Below are positions 13,345 to 26,802 of a stretch of 64,000 bases of DNA, piece by piece. The position numbers were made by a program, and so were the translations under genes. The stretch lies in the NCBI RefSeq assembly GCF_009914755.1, contig NC_060942.1; one strand, written 5' to 3'. Origin of the DNA: the human T2T-CHM13v2.0 reference genome, Homo sapiens. The notes under the pieces are model-generated. The model was not told where the DNA came from. It was given only the letters and a program-made list of their open reading frames with translations, and did no database searches. Within the stretch, counting starts at the first letter, position 1, and every line of letters starts with the position of its first letter.

Positions 13345-13561
13345 CACAGGTTAGAAAGCTTTTTCTCAAAGGGCCAGAGAGTAAATGGCTCTAAGGGCCA
13401 TACTTCCTCTGTTGCCAGTACCCTACTTGGCTTTTCTAGAACAAAAGCAGCCACAGACAATACATAAGAGAACAGGTGTGGCTGTGTCTCAGTAAAGCTT
13501 TATTTACAGTAACAGGAGATGGGCCAGATTTGATCCACGAGATGAGGTCCGCTGACTCCTG
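13345..13561 (+). mobile_element. MER58A (hAT-Charlie)
   Basis: 'aaagggccagagagtaaat...aaagcagccacagacaatac...gggccagatttg'; 8-bp TSD ctttaaag/ctttagag. Confidence 0.9.
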
Positions 13562-14364
13562 CTTTAGAGGACTAGAGGACAATGCTCAATAATATCTAGA
13601 AGAATCACTCCAAAATATCAAGCCAATTTCTCAAACGTGGGCAAGAGAAAGAGCCAGGAAAGGGTGACAAGAAACTGCTGGATTGGATTAGCTAGAGGTT
13701 ATCGTATTTTACTAGCCATAGGCACAAATTTAAGTGATAGCGTAAAGAAATCTATAACTGTTTCTATTGACTGTGCAAATGTTAAAAGAACATTGTCAAA
13801 GATCTTATTTTTAAAATGTTGTATGAATGCTTCTGGCATGAGGTACGCAGCTGGCACAGATGATTCCAAAGTTCCCATCCAACTCTAAAATTCTAAGTTT
13901 CCAAAATTTAAATTATAATACAATTACTAGTATCTGGCAGAATTTCAAAAGCGGTTGAAATGGTGTTTTATGACTTTTTTTTTTCCTGGCTTAACATTTT
14001 TGTAAATTCTAGAATGCTAATTCTTGAAGCTTGGCAGCTAAAACAATAATTGACTATTTCCTAGTCACTTTGCAATTGGTTTCTTTTAATTGAGGATGAA
14101 TTGGTACAGCATGTAAAATCTGAAAACTAAAAATGGATGCTTTAGACAATTCATTCTTTTCACTGAAATGATTCAACCATACTAAGCCATATATCTACTT
14201 TTATATATCATTTAGTGAAGACCCTGACTAAGCACTCACATTGTATAATCACTAAGTACACATTCATTGACCATCTATTACAGGGTAAATTCATGATTGG
14301 CCTATATTAGGGCATAAAACGCTTATTAATTGAGTGAATGAACATAAACTCTAAACTATGGTGT

Positions 14365-14505
14365 CTATGGGTTCAAATTATAGCTCTGCCACTTTCTAGC
14401 TGTGTGACCCTAGGGGAAATTACTTAACCTTTCTGTGTCTTTCTTGGTCATTGGTAAAATGGGGAGAAAATAATACCTATATTATAAGGTATTGTGAGAA
14501 TAAAA
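14365..14505 (+). mobile_element. MIR
   Basis: 'gggttcaaattatagctctgccactttctagctgtgtgacc...gtaaaatgggg'. Confidence 0.8.
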
Positions 14506-14859
14506 GTTGACAACCCTATTTCCACCTGCACTTTCATTCTGCCAGGTACAATAGTTGTCTAACATATAAGCATCATATCATCCTACAAAAGAAATGGTCT
14601 TCCAAGAGAGCCTGGTGTCCTGCTGATTTCTGGCAAAAGAGTTCCCACTTAAAATTCTACTCTAAAGTATCGTATTCAAAATGAAAAGAGGAAAACAACA
14701 GAAAATGAAAATCTGTTAAAGGAATCAAGTAATTTCATTTGCTGCGTGCCATACATGTTGCTGGGTATTACGAAAGCTTCAAAAGCATAATTCCTGTTAT
14801 CCAGGAGCTTTAATAAAATAAAACATACTAACAGGTAAAGGTAATTAAATGTACTTGTT

Positions 14860-16290
14860 ACACATTTATTGAGCATTTGCAAGTTACCAGCATTGGTAAT
14901 GCAAGGATACTTCAGATACAATCTAGAGAGGCAAGTCACATCAACTCTGTGAGACTTACTTTCTTCATCTTTGAAATGGGGGTAGAACTGTTTCAGCAAG
15001 ATTTTGTGAGAATCACTGCACAACGGGCTGCAACATGACAGGCTTGCAACACCCTAAGCGCTTTGAGTAGAGGCTGCATGAGTGTGGAGGAGAGACTCAG
15101 CCTCCCCCAGGAAGGTGACAATAGAGAAGTGCCTTGAAGGAGGTTTGGGAGACAGAGAAATCCAGTAAGAACATGCCATGAGGAGAGCACAGCACATGCT
15201 AAGTCAAGGGCTTCCAACAGGGCTCATGAGTGCCAACGATTCACTGCCCCAACACCAGAGGTACAAGGGTTGCCTCAGATTCAAGTCCATCTAATCCATT
15301 CACCATTTGCCTATCAGAACTATTTAGTAAAATAAAATCTGATCATGTGCCTGTTTCTCCAGTCCCTGCTTAAAAGCCTTGAATAAATGTTGGTCCATTG
15401 GGTGAAATTAATGGGATCTTTTACAACCCTGATCCTAATTTACCCAGCTTTATCTCCTGGAGTCTGGTCACCATCGTCTCTTTTATACATGGCCACAGGA
15501 AGTATTATGCCACAGTGGCTAAGGGCTCTGGTTTTGGAGTTAGACACACTTTTCTACTTAGTTGCTTGGGTGAGTTATTCAGACTCTCTAGAGATCAATT
15601 TGCTCATTTGCAAAGTGTAAAATGGGTTATAGGAATTAAATGAAATAGCACACTTAGCATAGTGTCTGGTACGGAAGGATTCAACAAACACTATTAAAAA
15701 CATGTCAGAAACAGTATTTTGGGCTTGCTTGCAAAATGGAATTTTGGAGTGAAGTTCGTGGGTGAGGCACTAACAGTGAGGTCCTGCGTGAGGATGGTGG
15801 CTGGTCGAGAGGATGTTAGGAAGGCAGGGATTTAAAAGGACTTGGGGAAAAACAACCAAGACCTAGTGAGAGGCTGGACAAGTAGAGGAGAAAGAATAAA
15901 TCGAGGATGACCCAAAGATTTTGACATTGAGATAATAGTGGTCCTAAAAAAAAAAGGAGAAGTCAGGTAGGTGAGATGGGATGATTGAATTTATAATTTC
16001 ATGATGCATAATTATACAAATTTATAAAATAGATGCCATATTCAAAAGATAGAAATTTCTAGATTTAAAATTATGACATTACCATGTTAACGAAATTTCC
16101 TAGTCTGAATCCTGTTAACATTATTAATACTTTTAGCCTTCATGCCAAGAAACACCCGTGTTCTCCTGTCTCTCTTTGCATCCTCCCCAGCTAATTCCTT
16201 CTTCTCCTGCCCCCTAAAGAACAGCCTTCCCTGGATTTCAAGCCACAATCCTTCTCTTTTTCTATTAACTGCCTCCCTGGGGCGGGAGGT
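14860..16290. mobile_element. Cluster of MIR and L2 fragments in both orientations
   Basis: MIR cores near 14930-15070 and 15505-15695; L2 pieces near 15270-15480, 15760-15990 and 16140-16280. Confidence 0.6.
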
Positions 16291-17802
16291 TGGGGGGACT
16301 TGGTTAATCTTACTCTTAAGATTCTATTGGACTTTAGGTCTCCAGTTTACCTGCACCTTCCCCTATATTCAAACTAGGCAGAATTTTCCATACCTAGAAA
16401 TAAATTTGAGTGAAAAATAATGATAATACAAATGTCAGTAACAAAGCAGGAATTTCAAAGTCGAGGCAGAGATAATTCATTCAAGCTTTTAATACCAATG
16501 CATATGTTATTTACCAGTAATTTTTCTTAAATAAAAATGGATCAAAATGTGAGAAACCCTCCTTGTGTCCCTCAGGAAATGTTTTCTCATGTGTAACATT
16601 TAGAGCTTGTTGATTCCCAAAGGAGATTAAAATGCCCAGTTAAACCCCACAATAAATATTAGGTTGAAACATTTGAATTTCTTATTACCGAAGACCCAGG
16701 AAGCCTTTTATTAGGAAAGCTGCCTTGCCAGGACATGATTTTTTTTCCCCAGGGGACATAATTAAAGAGGGCGATACTGCTGAGAGCATGTGCACCAACA
16801 CGCTGTATTTGTCAACACACACAATGCCTTCCTAGAGAGGAAAAGCAGCCCAGCTGTTCTACAGTGGATCTTCCAAGAATGTATTCAGGCTCAACACCAA
16901 AACCGCCACCAAGAAAATGCAAAAAGCCCCACAGAATTTTACATAGGAATTTGAATAGTGTGGCCGGAAACTGAAACACAGTAGAAACTACCAGCAGAGT
17001 ACGTAGTGTTTGATCTCCAAACTCTCTCTGACTATAACCATATGACAAATTGGGCATTAAAATATTACGGTTAATGTGGTACTTCATTCAAGAAATGTAT
17101 TCAAGTTTATCACAGGTAAGGGGTGAAGGAGATTTCATAGATGACTCCCAGGTTCCTAACTTATGCAACTGGGTGGGTGGGTAGAGGTGCCATAGACTGA
17201 GACAGCAAACAGTAGAAGAGGGGGGAGCAGATGAAAGGGGGTGTTTTTGTGTTGTTTTGGAAATAAAGGGTTTGATGTGACCAGGAAGTACTAGTAGATG
17301 CCCTCCTATTTAATACATAGGCCCTAAACATGGTCAATAAGTCAGGTCTGAGTTATGAATGGGAATTAATTTAAGGCAGTAATTCAGACTATGTAATTCT
17401 TGCTTTGCCTTTGCTATTTAAACATTTAGTAACTGCTTAAATCTTCTAACTTTTGGCTTGAATTATTTTCTTCTAAGTTTAGCTTGATAGTGTTATTCAT
17501 TTTATCTAACTATATTTTTGCACCCATTAACTATCTCTCATCCTCCACTCCCCACTACACTTCCCAGCCACTGGTAACCATTGTTCTACTCTCTATCTCC
17601 ATTAGTTCAGTTGTCTTAATCTATAGTTCCCACAAATAAGTGAGAATATGTGAAGTTTGTGTTTCTGTGCTTGGCTTATTTCACTTAACACAATGACCTC
17701 CAGTTCTATCCATGTTGTTGTAAATGAGAGAATCTGATTCTTTTTTTTTTTTTTTTTACGGCTGAATAGTATTCCATAATGTATACCTACCACATTTTCT
17801 TT

Positions 17803-18066
17803 TATTATTATTCTTCTTATTATTTTTTATTATTATACTTTAAGTTCTAGGGTACATGTGCACAACATGCAGGTTTGTTACATATGTATACCTGTGCCAT
17901 GTTGGTGTGCTGCACCCATTAACTGGTCATTTACATTAGGTATATCTCCTAATGCTATCCCTCCCCCTCCCCCCACCTCATGACAGGCCCGATGTGTGAT
18001 GTTCCCCATCCTGTGTCGAAGTGTTCTCATTGTTCAATGTCCACCTATGAGTGAGAACATGCGACA
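17803..18066 (-). mobile_element. L1PA (PA4/5-like) 3' end nested in L1MA
   Basis: 'ttattatactttaagttctagggtacatgtgcacaac'; 15-bp TSD taccacattttcttt at 17788-17802 and 18067-18081. Confidence 0.9.
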
Positions 18067-18855
18067 TACCACATTTTCTTTATCCGTTTGTCTGTTGATG
18101 GACAATTAGGTAGATTCCAAATCTTGGTTATTGTGAGTAGTGCTGCAAAAAACTTGAGAGTGCAGACAACTCTTCAATATACTGATTTATTTTCTTTTGG
18201 ATATATACCTAGCAGTGAGATTGTGGGATTGTATGATAGCTCTATTTTCAGTTTTTTGAAGAACCTCCAAACTGTTCTCCACAGTGGTTGTACGAATGTA
18301 CATTCCCTCCAGCACTGGTTTCCCTTTTCCCCACATCCTCACCAGCATTTGTTATTATCTGTCTTTTGGATAAAAGCAGTTTTAACTAGGGTAAGATGGT
18401 ATCTCATTATAGCTTTGATTTGCATTTCTCTAATGATCAATGATGGTGAGCACCTTCTCATATATCTGTTTGGTATTTGTATGTCTTGTTTTAAGAAGTG
18501 TCTATTCAGATATTTTGCATATTTTTAAATTGCATTATTAGATATTTTCCTATAGATTTGCTTGAGCTCCTTATATATTCTTGTTATTAATTCCTTGTCC
18601 AATGGATAGTTGCAAACATTTTCTCCCATTCTGTGGGTTGTCTCTTCACTTTGTTGATTGTCTCCTTTGCTGTACAGCAGCTTTTTAACTTGATATGTCC
18701 TATTTTTTCATTTTTGCTTTGGTTACCTGTATTTGTGGCATATTACACAAGAAATATTTGCTCAGCCCAATATTCTAGAGAGTTTCCCCAAGCTTTTCGC
18801 AGTAGCTTTATAGTTTGAGGTCTTATATTTCAGTTTTTATTCAATTTTGATGTGG

Positions 18856-19245
18856 TTTTTTTATTATACTTTAAGTTTTAGGGTACATGTGCACAACGTG
18901 CAGGTTAGTTACATATGTATACATGTGCCATGTTGGTGTGCTGCACCCATTAACTCGTCATTTAACATTAGGTATATCTCCTAATGCTATCCCTCCCCCC
19001 TTCCCCCACTCCACAACAGGCCCCAGTGTGTGATGTTCCCCTTCCTGTGTCCATGTGTTCTCATTGTTGAATTCCCACCTATGAGTGAGAACATGCGGTG
19101 TTTGGTTTTTCGTCCTTGCGATAGTTTGCTGAGAATGATGGTTTCCAGTTTCATCCATGTACCTACAAAGGACATGAACTCATCATTTTTTATGGCTGCA
19201 TAGTATTCCATGGTGTATATGTGCCACATTTTCTTAATCCAGTCT
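18856..19245 (-). mobile_element. L1PA3-like 3' end nested in L1MA
   Basis: 'gcacaacgtgcaggttagttacatatg...tttaacattagg'; ORF2 C-terminal peptide ([18 protein letters not shown]). Confidence 0.9.
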
Positions 19246-22200
19246 TTGTATATGCCAAGAGGTAGGGGTCTTGTTTTATTCTTCTGCATATGGATATCCA
19301 GTTTTCCCAGCACCATTTATTGAAGAGACTGTTCTATCTCCAATATATGTTCTTGGTACCTTTGTTTTAAGGTATGAATTCACTGTTGATAAGTGGATTT
19401 GTTTTGTGGGTTCCCCATTCTGTTCCATTGGTCTATGTGTCTGTTTTTATGCCAGTAAAATGCTGTTTTGGTTACTGTAGCTTTGTTGTAAAATTTGAAG
19501 TCAGGTAATGTGATTCCTCCAGCTTTGTTCTTTTTGCTCAAGACAGCTTTGGTATTCTGGGTCTTTTGTGATTTCATATAAATTTTAGGATTGTTTCTTC
19601 TATTTCTGTGAAGAATATCTTTGGTATTTTGATAAGGATTGCACTGAGTCCGTAGATTGCTTTGGATAGTATGGACATTTTAATAATGTTGATTCTTCCA
19701 TCCTATGAACATGGAATATTCTTGCATTGTTTTGTATTCTCCTAAATTCTTTCATCAGTGTTTTATAGGTTTCATCATAGAGATCTAAAAATTCATTGGT
19801 TATTTCCTAGGTGTTTACTGTCACTTGCAACAGGGATTACTTTTCTGATTTCTTTTTCAGATTGTTTGCTGTTGGCATATAGAAATGCTACGGATTTTTT
19901 ATGTTGATTTTGTACCCTGCAACGTTACTGAATTTATCAGTTGTAATAGTTTTTTGGAGGAGTCTTTAGGCTTTCCCACATATAAGATCATATGATCTGC
20001 AAACATAGATAATTTGACTTCTTTCTTTCCAATTTGGATGTCCTTTATTTCCTTCTCTTGTCTGACTGCTTTAGCTAGGACTTCCAGTAATATGTTGAAT
20101 AACGGTGGTGAAAAGTGGGCATCCTATTCTTGCTTCAGATCTTAAAGGAAAGGCTTTTCCTTTTTCCTCATTCAGTATAATACTAGGTGTGGGTCTGTCG
20201 TACACACCTTTTATTGTGTTGAGGTATGTTCCTTCTACACCCACTTTTTTGAAGGTTTTTCTTTTTTAATCGCAAAGTGATGTTAGATTTTATCAAAAGC
20301 TTTTTCAGCATCAGTTGAAATGATCATAAGGTTTTTGTCCTTAATTCTCTTTATATTAAGACACTATTTGGGCAAATATTTCTATTGATATGTTGACTGA
20401 TTCATCTGCATATGTTGAAGCATCCCTGGAATAAATCTCACTCAGTCATGATAAATGATCTTTTTCATGTTTTTGAGTTTGGATTGCTAGCATTTCAGTG
20501 AGGATTTTTGTATTAGTATTTATAAGGGATATTGACCAGTAGTTTCCTTTTCTTTGATGTGTCCTTGTCTGGTTTTGGTATCAGAGTAATACTGGCCTTG
20601 TAGAATGAATTTAGACATATTTGTTCTTCCTCTATTTTTCAGCAGAGTTTCAGTAAGATTGGTATTAGTTCTTCTTTGTATGTTTGTTAAAATTCATCAG
20701 TGAAACCACTGGGTCTTGGGCTTTTCATTTCTAGGAGAATTTTTATTACAGCTTTGATCTCATTAGTTGTTATTGGTCTGGTTCAGGTTTTGAAATTCTT
20801 CATGGTTCAATATTAGTAGGTTGTATGTGTCTAGAAATGTATCCATGTCTTCTAGGTTTTCCAATTTATTGACATACAGTTGCTCATAGTAGTCTCTAAC
20901 GATCCTTTAAATTTCTGCTGTATTGGTTGTAATGTATTTTTCCATCTCTGATTCTATTTATTTGGGTCTTCTCTCTTTTATTCTTAGTCTAGCTAAATGT
21001 TTATTGATTTTGTTTATATTTTTATAAAAGCAACTTTCCTTTCATTGGTATTTTGTATTGTTTTGTTTCAATTTATTTCTGCTTTGATCTTTATTATTTC
21101 TTTTCTTATACTAATCTTGGGTTTGGTTTGCTCTCACTTTTCTAGTTTTTTAAGCTGCATCATTAGGTTATTTGTAGTTTTTTCTACTTTTTAATGTAGG
21201 CATTTATAGCTATAAACTTTCCTTTTAGCGCTGCTTTCGCTGTATCACATAGGCTTTCATACGTTGTGTTTCCATTATCATTTGTTTCACGACATATTTA
21301 AATTTTCTTCTCAATTTCTTCATGACCCACTGGTCATTCGGGGGCATATATTGGAATTTACATGTCTTTGCATAGTTTCCAAAGTTCCTCGTTATTGATT
21401 TCTAGTTTTACGCAACTGTGGTGAGAGGATACTTGATATAATTTCAATTTTCTTGATGTTTTAAGACTTGCTTTGTGGCTTAACAAATGGTCTATCCTTG
21501 ATAATGATCCATGTGCTGAGGAGGAGAATGTTTATTCTGCCAGCCATTGGATGAAATGTTCTATAAATATCTATTAGGTCCAATTAGTCTACACAACAGA
21601 TTAAGTCCAATGTTTCTTTGTAGATTTTCTGTCTGAATGATCTGTCCAATGCTGAAAGTGGGGTGCTGAAATCTCCAGTTATTATTTTATTGGATTCCAT
21701 CTCTCTCTTTAATAATATTTACTTTATACATGGGTGCTCCAGTGTTGGGTGTAAGTGTATTTATAATCATTACATCCTCTTGCTGAATTGAACCCTTTAT
21801 GATTAAATAATAACCTTCTTTATTTCTTTTTACAGCTTTTTGTCTTGAAAGCTATTTTGATATAACTATAGCTACTCCTGTACTTTTTTAGATTCCATTT
21901 GCATGGAATATCTTTTCCCATCCCTTTATTTTAGTCTATGTGTGTCTTTAGAGGTGAAATATTTTCTTAGTAGGCAACAGATAATGGGTCTTGTCTTTTA
22001 TCCATTCAGCCACTCTGTCTTTTGACTGGCAAGTTAAATCCATTTACTTTCAATGTTATTATTGATAAGTAAGGACTTACTCTTGCCATTTTGTTACCTG
22101 TGTTCTGGGTGTTTTGTGATCATTTCTTGCTTCTTTCTTTTTTTCCTGTCTTCCTTTCAGTGAAGGTGAATTTCTCTGGTGTTATTTTTTATTTTTTAAT

Positions 22201-23354
22201 TTCTTGCTTTTTATTTTGTGTATTTGTTGTATGCTTTTTGTTTTGAGGTTACCATGAGGCTTGCAAATATCTTGTAACCCATTATTTTAAACTGATGACA
22301 ACTTAACACTGATTGTATAAACAAAGAATCTTACAAATAAGCAAAGAGAAAATGAATAAAAACTCTACACTTTAACTTTGTCCCCCCACTTTTAAATTTT
22401 CTTGTTTCTATTTATATCTTATTCTACTGTCTATATCTTGAAAAGTTGTTGTAGTGGTTATTTTTTGATTGGTTCATCTCTTAGTCTTTCTAGTCAAGAT
22501 ACGAATAGTTTATACACCACAATTTACAACACCACAGTGTTGTAATATTCTGTGTTTTTCTGTGTACTTACTTTTACTGGTGAGTTTTGCACCTTCAGGT
22601 GATTTATTGTTGCTCATCAAAGTCCTTTTCTTTTGGATTAAAGTACTCCCTTTAGCATTTCTTGTAAGACAGGTCTGGTGATAAAATCCTTTGTCTTCTG
22701 TTGTTCTCGAAAAGTATTTCTCCTTCATATTTGAAGGATATTTTTGCTGGACATATTATTCTAGAATAAAAATATTTTTCCTTCAGCACTTTAAATATGT
22801 CATGCCACTCTCTCCTGGCCTATAAGGTTTCCACTGAGAAGTCTGCTGCCAGATATATTGGAGATCCATTGCATGTTATTTGTTTTTTTCTCTTGGGGCT
22901 TTTAGGATCCTTTCATTATCCTTGACCTTTGGAAGTTTGACTACTAAAGGTCTTGAGGTAGTCTTCTTTGGATTAAATCTGCTTGGTGTTCTATATGCTT
23001 CTTGTACTCGAATATTTATACCTTTCTCTATGTTTGGGAAGTTCTCTGTTATTATCCCTTTGAATAAACTTTCGACCTTGATTTCTATATCTGTCTTCTC
23101 TTTAAGGCTGATAACTCTTAGATTTTCTTTTTTGAGGCTATTTTCTAGATCTTGTAGGTATACTTCATTCTTTTTTATTCAGTTTTTCCCAAGATTTCAA
23201 ATGAATAATTTATTAGGTGAAAATAAGGTTACAGAGACTAAGTAGGCACACCAAAGATGGCTAATAAGGACATGTAGAAGTTCTGAAAATGATCTGAGAT
23301 AACCTTTGAAAATGAATTTGTTTATAGCCCAAACCTACTACTTTAGAAAACCCT

Positions 23355-23565
23355 GGAAAACAGAAGAATACACAAGCATGCATTCCACTTTTACATGACA
23401 TCATTCCATGTCATGTAGCCTCTGGAAAACTCCACTAGGTGCTCATTAAGTATGAAAGTTTTGGCAAATGAAGTCTTAAAGTCTTAATATTATAAAAACA
23501 GTTTTGACCTTCTGGACTCCCTGAAAAATCTTGGAGATCTCCATGAAACCATACTTTGAGTACTG
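23355..23565 (-). mobile_element. hAT-Charlie end fragment (MER119/Charlie7-like) inside a non-L1 insert
   Basis: 'gtcatgtagcctctggaaaactccact...aacagttttgacct...ccatactttgagtactg' matches an old Charlie terminus. Confidence 0.65.
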
Positions 23566-24053
23566 GTATCACCACACTTTTAGGTGTTTAAACATCACCT
23601 GCATTCATTTTTCTTTTGTCCTTTCTGACTGTCTATTTTCAAATAGCCTGTCCTCAATCTCACTAATTCTTTCTTCTGCTTGATCAATTCTGCTGGTAAG
23701 AGACTCTGATGCATTCTTCAGTATGTCAATTGCACTTTTCAACTCCAGAATTTCTGTTTGATTCTCTTTTAATGATTTCAGTCTCTTTGTTAAATGTATC
23801 TGATGGTATTCTAAATTCCTTCTCTGTTTTATCTTGAAATTTGTTGAGTTTCCTCAAAACAGCTATTTTGAATTCTCTGTTTGAAAGGTCACATATCTCT
23901 GTATCTCTAGGATTGGTCCCTGGTGACTTATTTAGTTCATTCAGTGCTGTCATGTATTCCTGGATGGTCTTGATGTTTGTGGTTGTTCCTTGGTGTCTGA
24001 GCATTGAAGAATTAAGTACTTATTGTAGTCTTCACAGTCCTTTTTTAAAATAA

Positions 24054-24658
24054 TTCTTGTCAAGTTGCATCTTTTTATTGCATAGTCAAATGTTGTCCTT
24101 GGACATTCTTACCATTTAAACAAATACTCAAAAATTGTAAGTCATAATAAACTCTATTATACTATTGTAATCTGTTTTCTAAGGAAATTATTCTATCATC
24201 CAAAAATAACATTTATGCTTCTTTCAGAGAGTAGTTAAAATGTTATTTTATTAAAAATGCCAATATTAGTAATAATGGCCCATGAAGAAATAACTCTTCT
24301 ATTGTGAAGGCCTGGGTAGTCCAATTAACAACATTACCACCCAACACAATATATCTACATATCTATATCTGTCTGTATCTCATAAGGCTTGAGACAGCCT
24401 CATCTGTAAGATTCTCATCTTGATAGTGATAGGTCTCTGAGACATGAAAAATAAACACGTATTCCACAAATAGATTTTAGTATCTTACAGATGTCTGAAA
24501 AATTCAAGTTATCAAATAGCAATAGAAGTTTCTAGCTTCTAAATTATTTCTGACATAAAAAGTATAGAACGGCAAAATAGTTAAGATTTATCTCAGAACA
24601 CACTAACTTGAGAAGATTTATAGAATATTAAAATAGAAAAATAGCCAACAGGATTAAA
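24054..24658 (+). repeat. Dispersed direct duplicate of 26803-27392, inserted into the L1
   Basis: Colinear with 26803-27392 along its whole length (e.g. 'catagtcaaatgttgtccttg', 'atagaatattaaaatagaaaaatagccaacaggattaaa'). Confidence 0.95.
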
Positions 24659-26802
24659 AGGCTTGTTTGTACCTGTCCTTTGGAATGCTCTCCAGGTATT
24701 GGTATTCATAAATTTGAGTATTATGATCTAAGTTTTTCTGTCACTATGGGCATATCTGTATTAGGCGGTACCCCAAGCCCAGCAATGCTGTGAGGTGATT
24801 CTGCTCTTGCAGAATCACAGAGGTGCTGCCTTGGTGGTCTCGGAGAAGATCGGGAAAAATTTTCTAGATTGCCAGGCAAAGACTCTTGTTCTCCTCTCTT
24901 ACTTTCTCCCAAACAAACAGAGTCTTTCTCTGTGCTGAGCTGCCTGGAGCTGGGAGAGAGGTGACACAAGCTCACCTGTGGCCGCCACCACCACTGGGAC
25001 TGTGCTGGGTCAGACCTGAAGCCAGCATGGTACTGGGTCTCACCCAAGGCCCGCACTAACCACTGCCTGGCTACCACGTATATTTGCTCAAGGCCCTAGG
25101 GCTCTACAATCAGGAGGCAGCAAAGCCAGCTAGGCTCATATCCTACCCTTCAGGATGGCAAGTTCCCCTTTGTCCTGGGGAGGTCTAGGGACACAATCCA
25201 GGAGCCAGGGCCTGGAGTCAGATACTTTAGAAATCAACCTGATGCCCTATTGTACTGCAGCTGAGCTGGTACTCACAAGTCAAAGTCCTTCCCACTGTTC
25301 CCTCCCTTTTCCACAAGCAGAAGAACCTCTCTCCATGGCCACCACTGCCCAAGGCCCGTGATGAGTACTGCCAGGGTACTGCTGGTGGTCACTCAAGGTC
25401 CAAGGGCTCTTGAGTTAGCTTGTGGTGAGTGCTGCCAGGCCTGGGACTCACTCTTCAGGGCAGCAGGTTCCCCTCTGGCCCAGGGAAGGTCCAGAAATGC
25501 CAGTCAAGAGACAAGGCCTGGTACTGGGTACCCCAAGCCTGCTTGGTGCTCTACTCCACTGTGAGCAAGCTAGTACCTATGGTGCAAGACAAAGTCCACT
25601 TTACTTTCCCCTCTCATTTTCACAAGCAGAAATGGTCTCTACCCCTAGTCACCCAAACTGGGGATGTATTGGGTCACATGTGCATCCAGCATGGCTCTGA
25701 GTCACAACCAAGGCCCATGGCAAGTGCTGCCTGGCTGTGACGGTTGAATATTCAGGGCTCAAAGGCTCTTTACTCATCAAGTGATGAATCCTGCCAGGAC
25801 TGGGTCCTTCCCTTCAAGGCAGTGGGTTCCTTTCTGGCCCAAGTTTTCTCTAGACATGTCATGCAGTAGCTAGATCCTCAGGACTCTATCTGGTGTCCTA
25901 GCCTACTGTGGTTGTGCTGGTATCTAAGATGCAAGACAAAGTCCTCTTTACTCTTCCTTCTCCTCTCCTCAAGCAGAGGGAAGAAGTCTCTCTTAGGGTG
26001 TGAGCTGTGTTGCCTGGTACTGGGGGAGGGGTGGCATAAGCACTTTCTTAGCTGTGTCAGCTGGTGTCCGACTAGATCGTGAGCACGCCAACCCCACTGG
26101 CTCCGAGTCCAGCACAGCACCAGGACTTGCCCCAGAATTGCAGTCCTTGTGGCCTAGACTAGCATTTAAGTTTATTTAGAACCCCAGAGCACTTTAGCCC
26201 ACAGTGGTGAGGCTTGCCAGAATTAGAGTTCTGACTGCTGGGACAGACAATTCCCCTCTGGCTAGGACTAGTCTAAGTGCTGCCTTCATGAGTGCTGGCT
26301 AAGTTCTGTCCCACATTGCTTTCCACTGTGAGAGGGCAGCACTGAGTTCCTATACAAAAAGTCCCACAATCACTGTGTTCTCCCTCCCCCCAGGCACACC
26401 GATTTCCTCTCTGAGCCACAGGGCCCCTGCTGGGAGACAGGGAAGGGGTGCTGTAGGCAATTCAACACTGTTTTTCAGTGCCTCTTTTAGTGATATGAAG
26501 TTAACACCAGGTACTGTGACCACTCACCTGATTTTTAGTTCTTATAAAGGTGATTTTTTTTTGTGCAGATAGTCGCTTAATGTGGTGATCCTGCAGAGAG
26601 GATGATAGTGGAGGCATCTATCCAGCTATCTTGCTCCACCTCCCTTACTATGCAATTTTGCTAATGTCTATTTTTTAACACAGTATCATTGTTTCTCTAA
26701 ACATAGCCTTTAAATAAATAAGACAGGTAAAAATTTTAGGTGAAAATGTCTAGCATATGATAAGAATATGCAAAAGGAAAATAAATCCAGTCAATGTGCC
26801 TT

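Larger units (their letters stand above)
17490..26644 (-). mobile_element. Near-full-length, decayed L1MA (L1MA1-4-like) carrying four nested inserts
   Basis: L1MA 3' UTR near 17.5-17.8 kb; ORF2 remnants (19380-19577 '...[18 protein letters not shown]'); ORF1 remnants (23726-24004); long 5' UTR ending in 'ggaggcatctatccagctatcttgctccacctccc', the reverse complement of the L1 5' start. Confidence 0.9.

Noticed and set aside
24721-26572. Cluster of GC-richer ORFs and internal repeats (e.g. 'gcaagacaaagtcc' twice)
   Set aside because: Lies in the L1MA 5' UTR, which normally has tandemly repeated blocks
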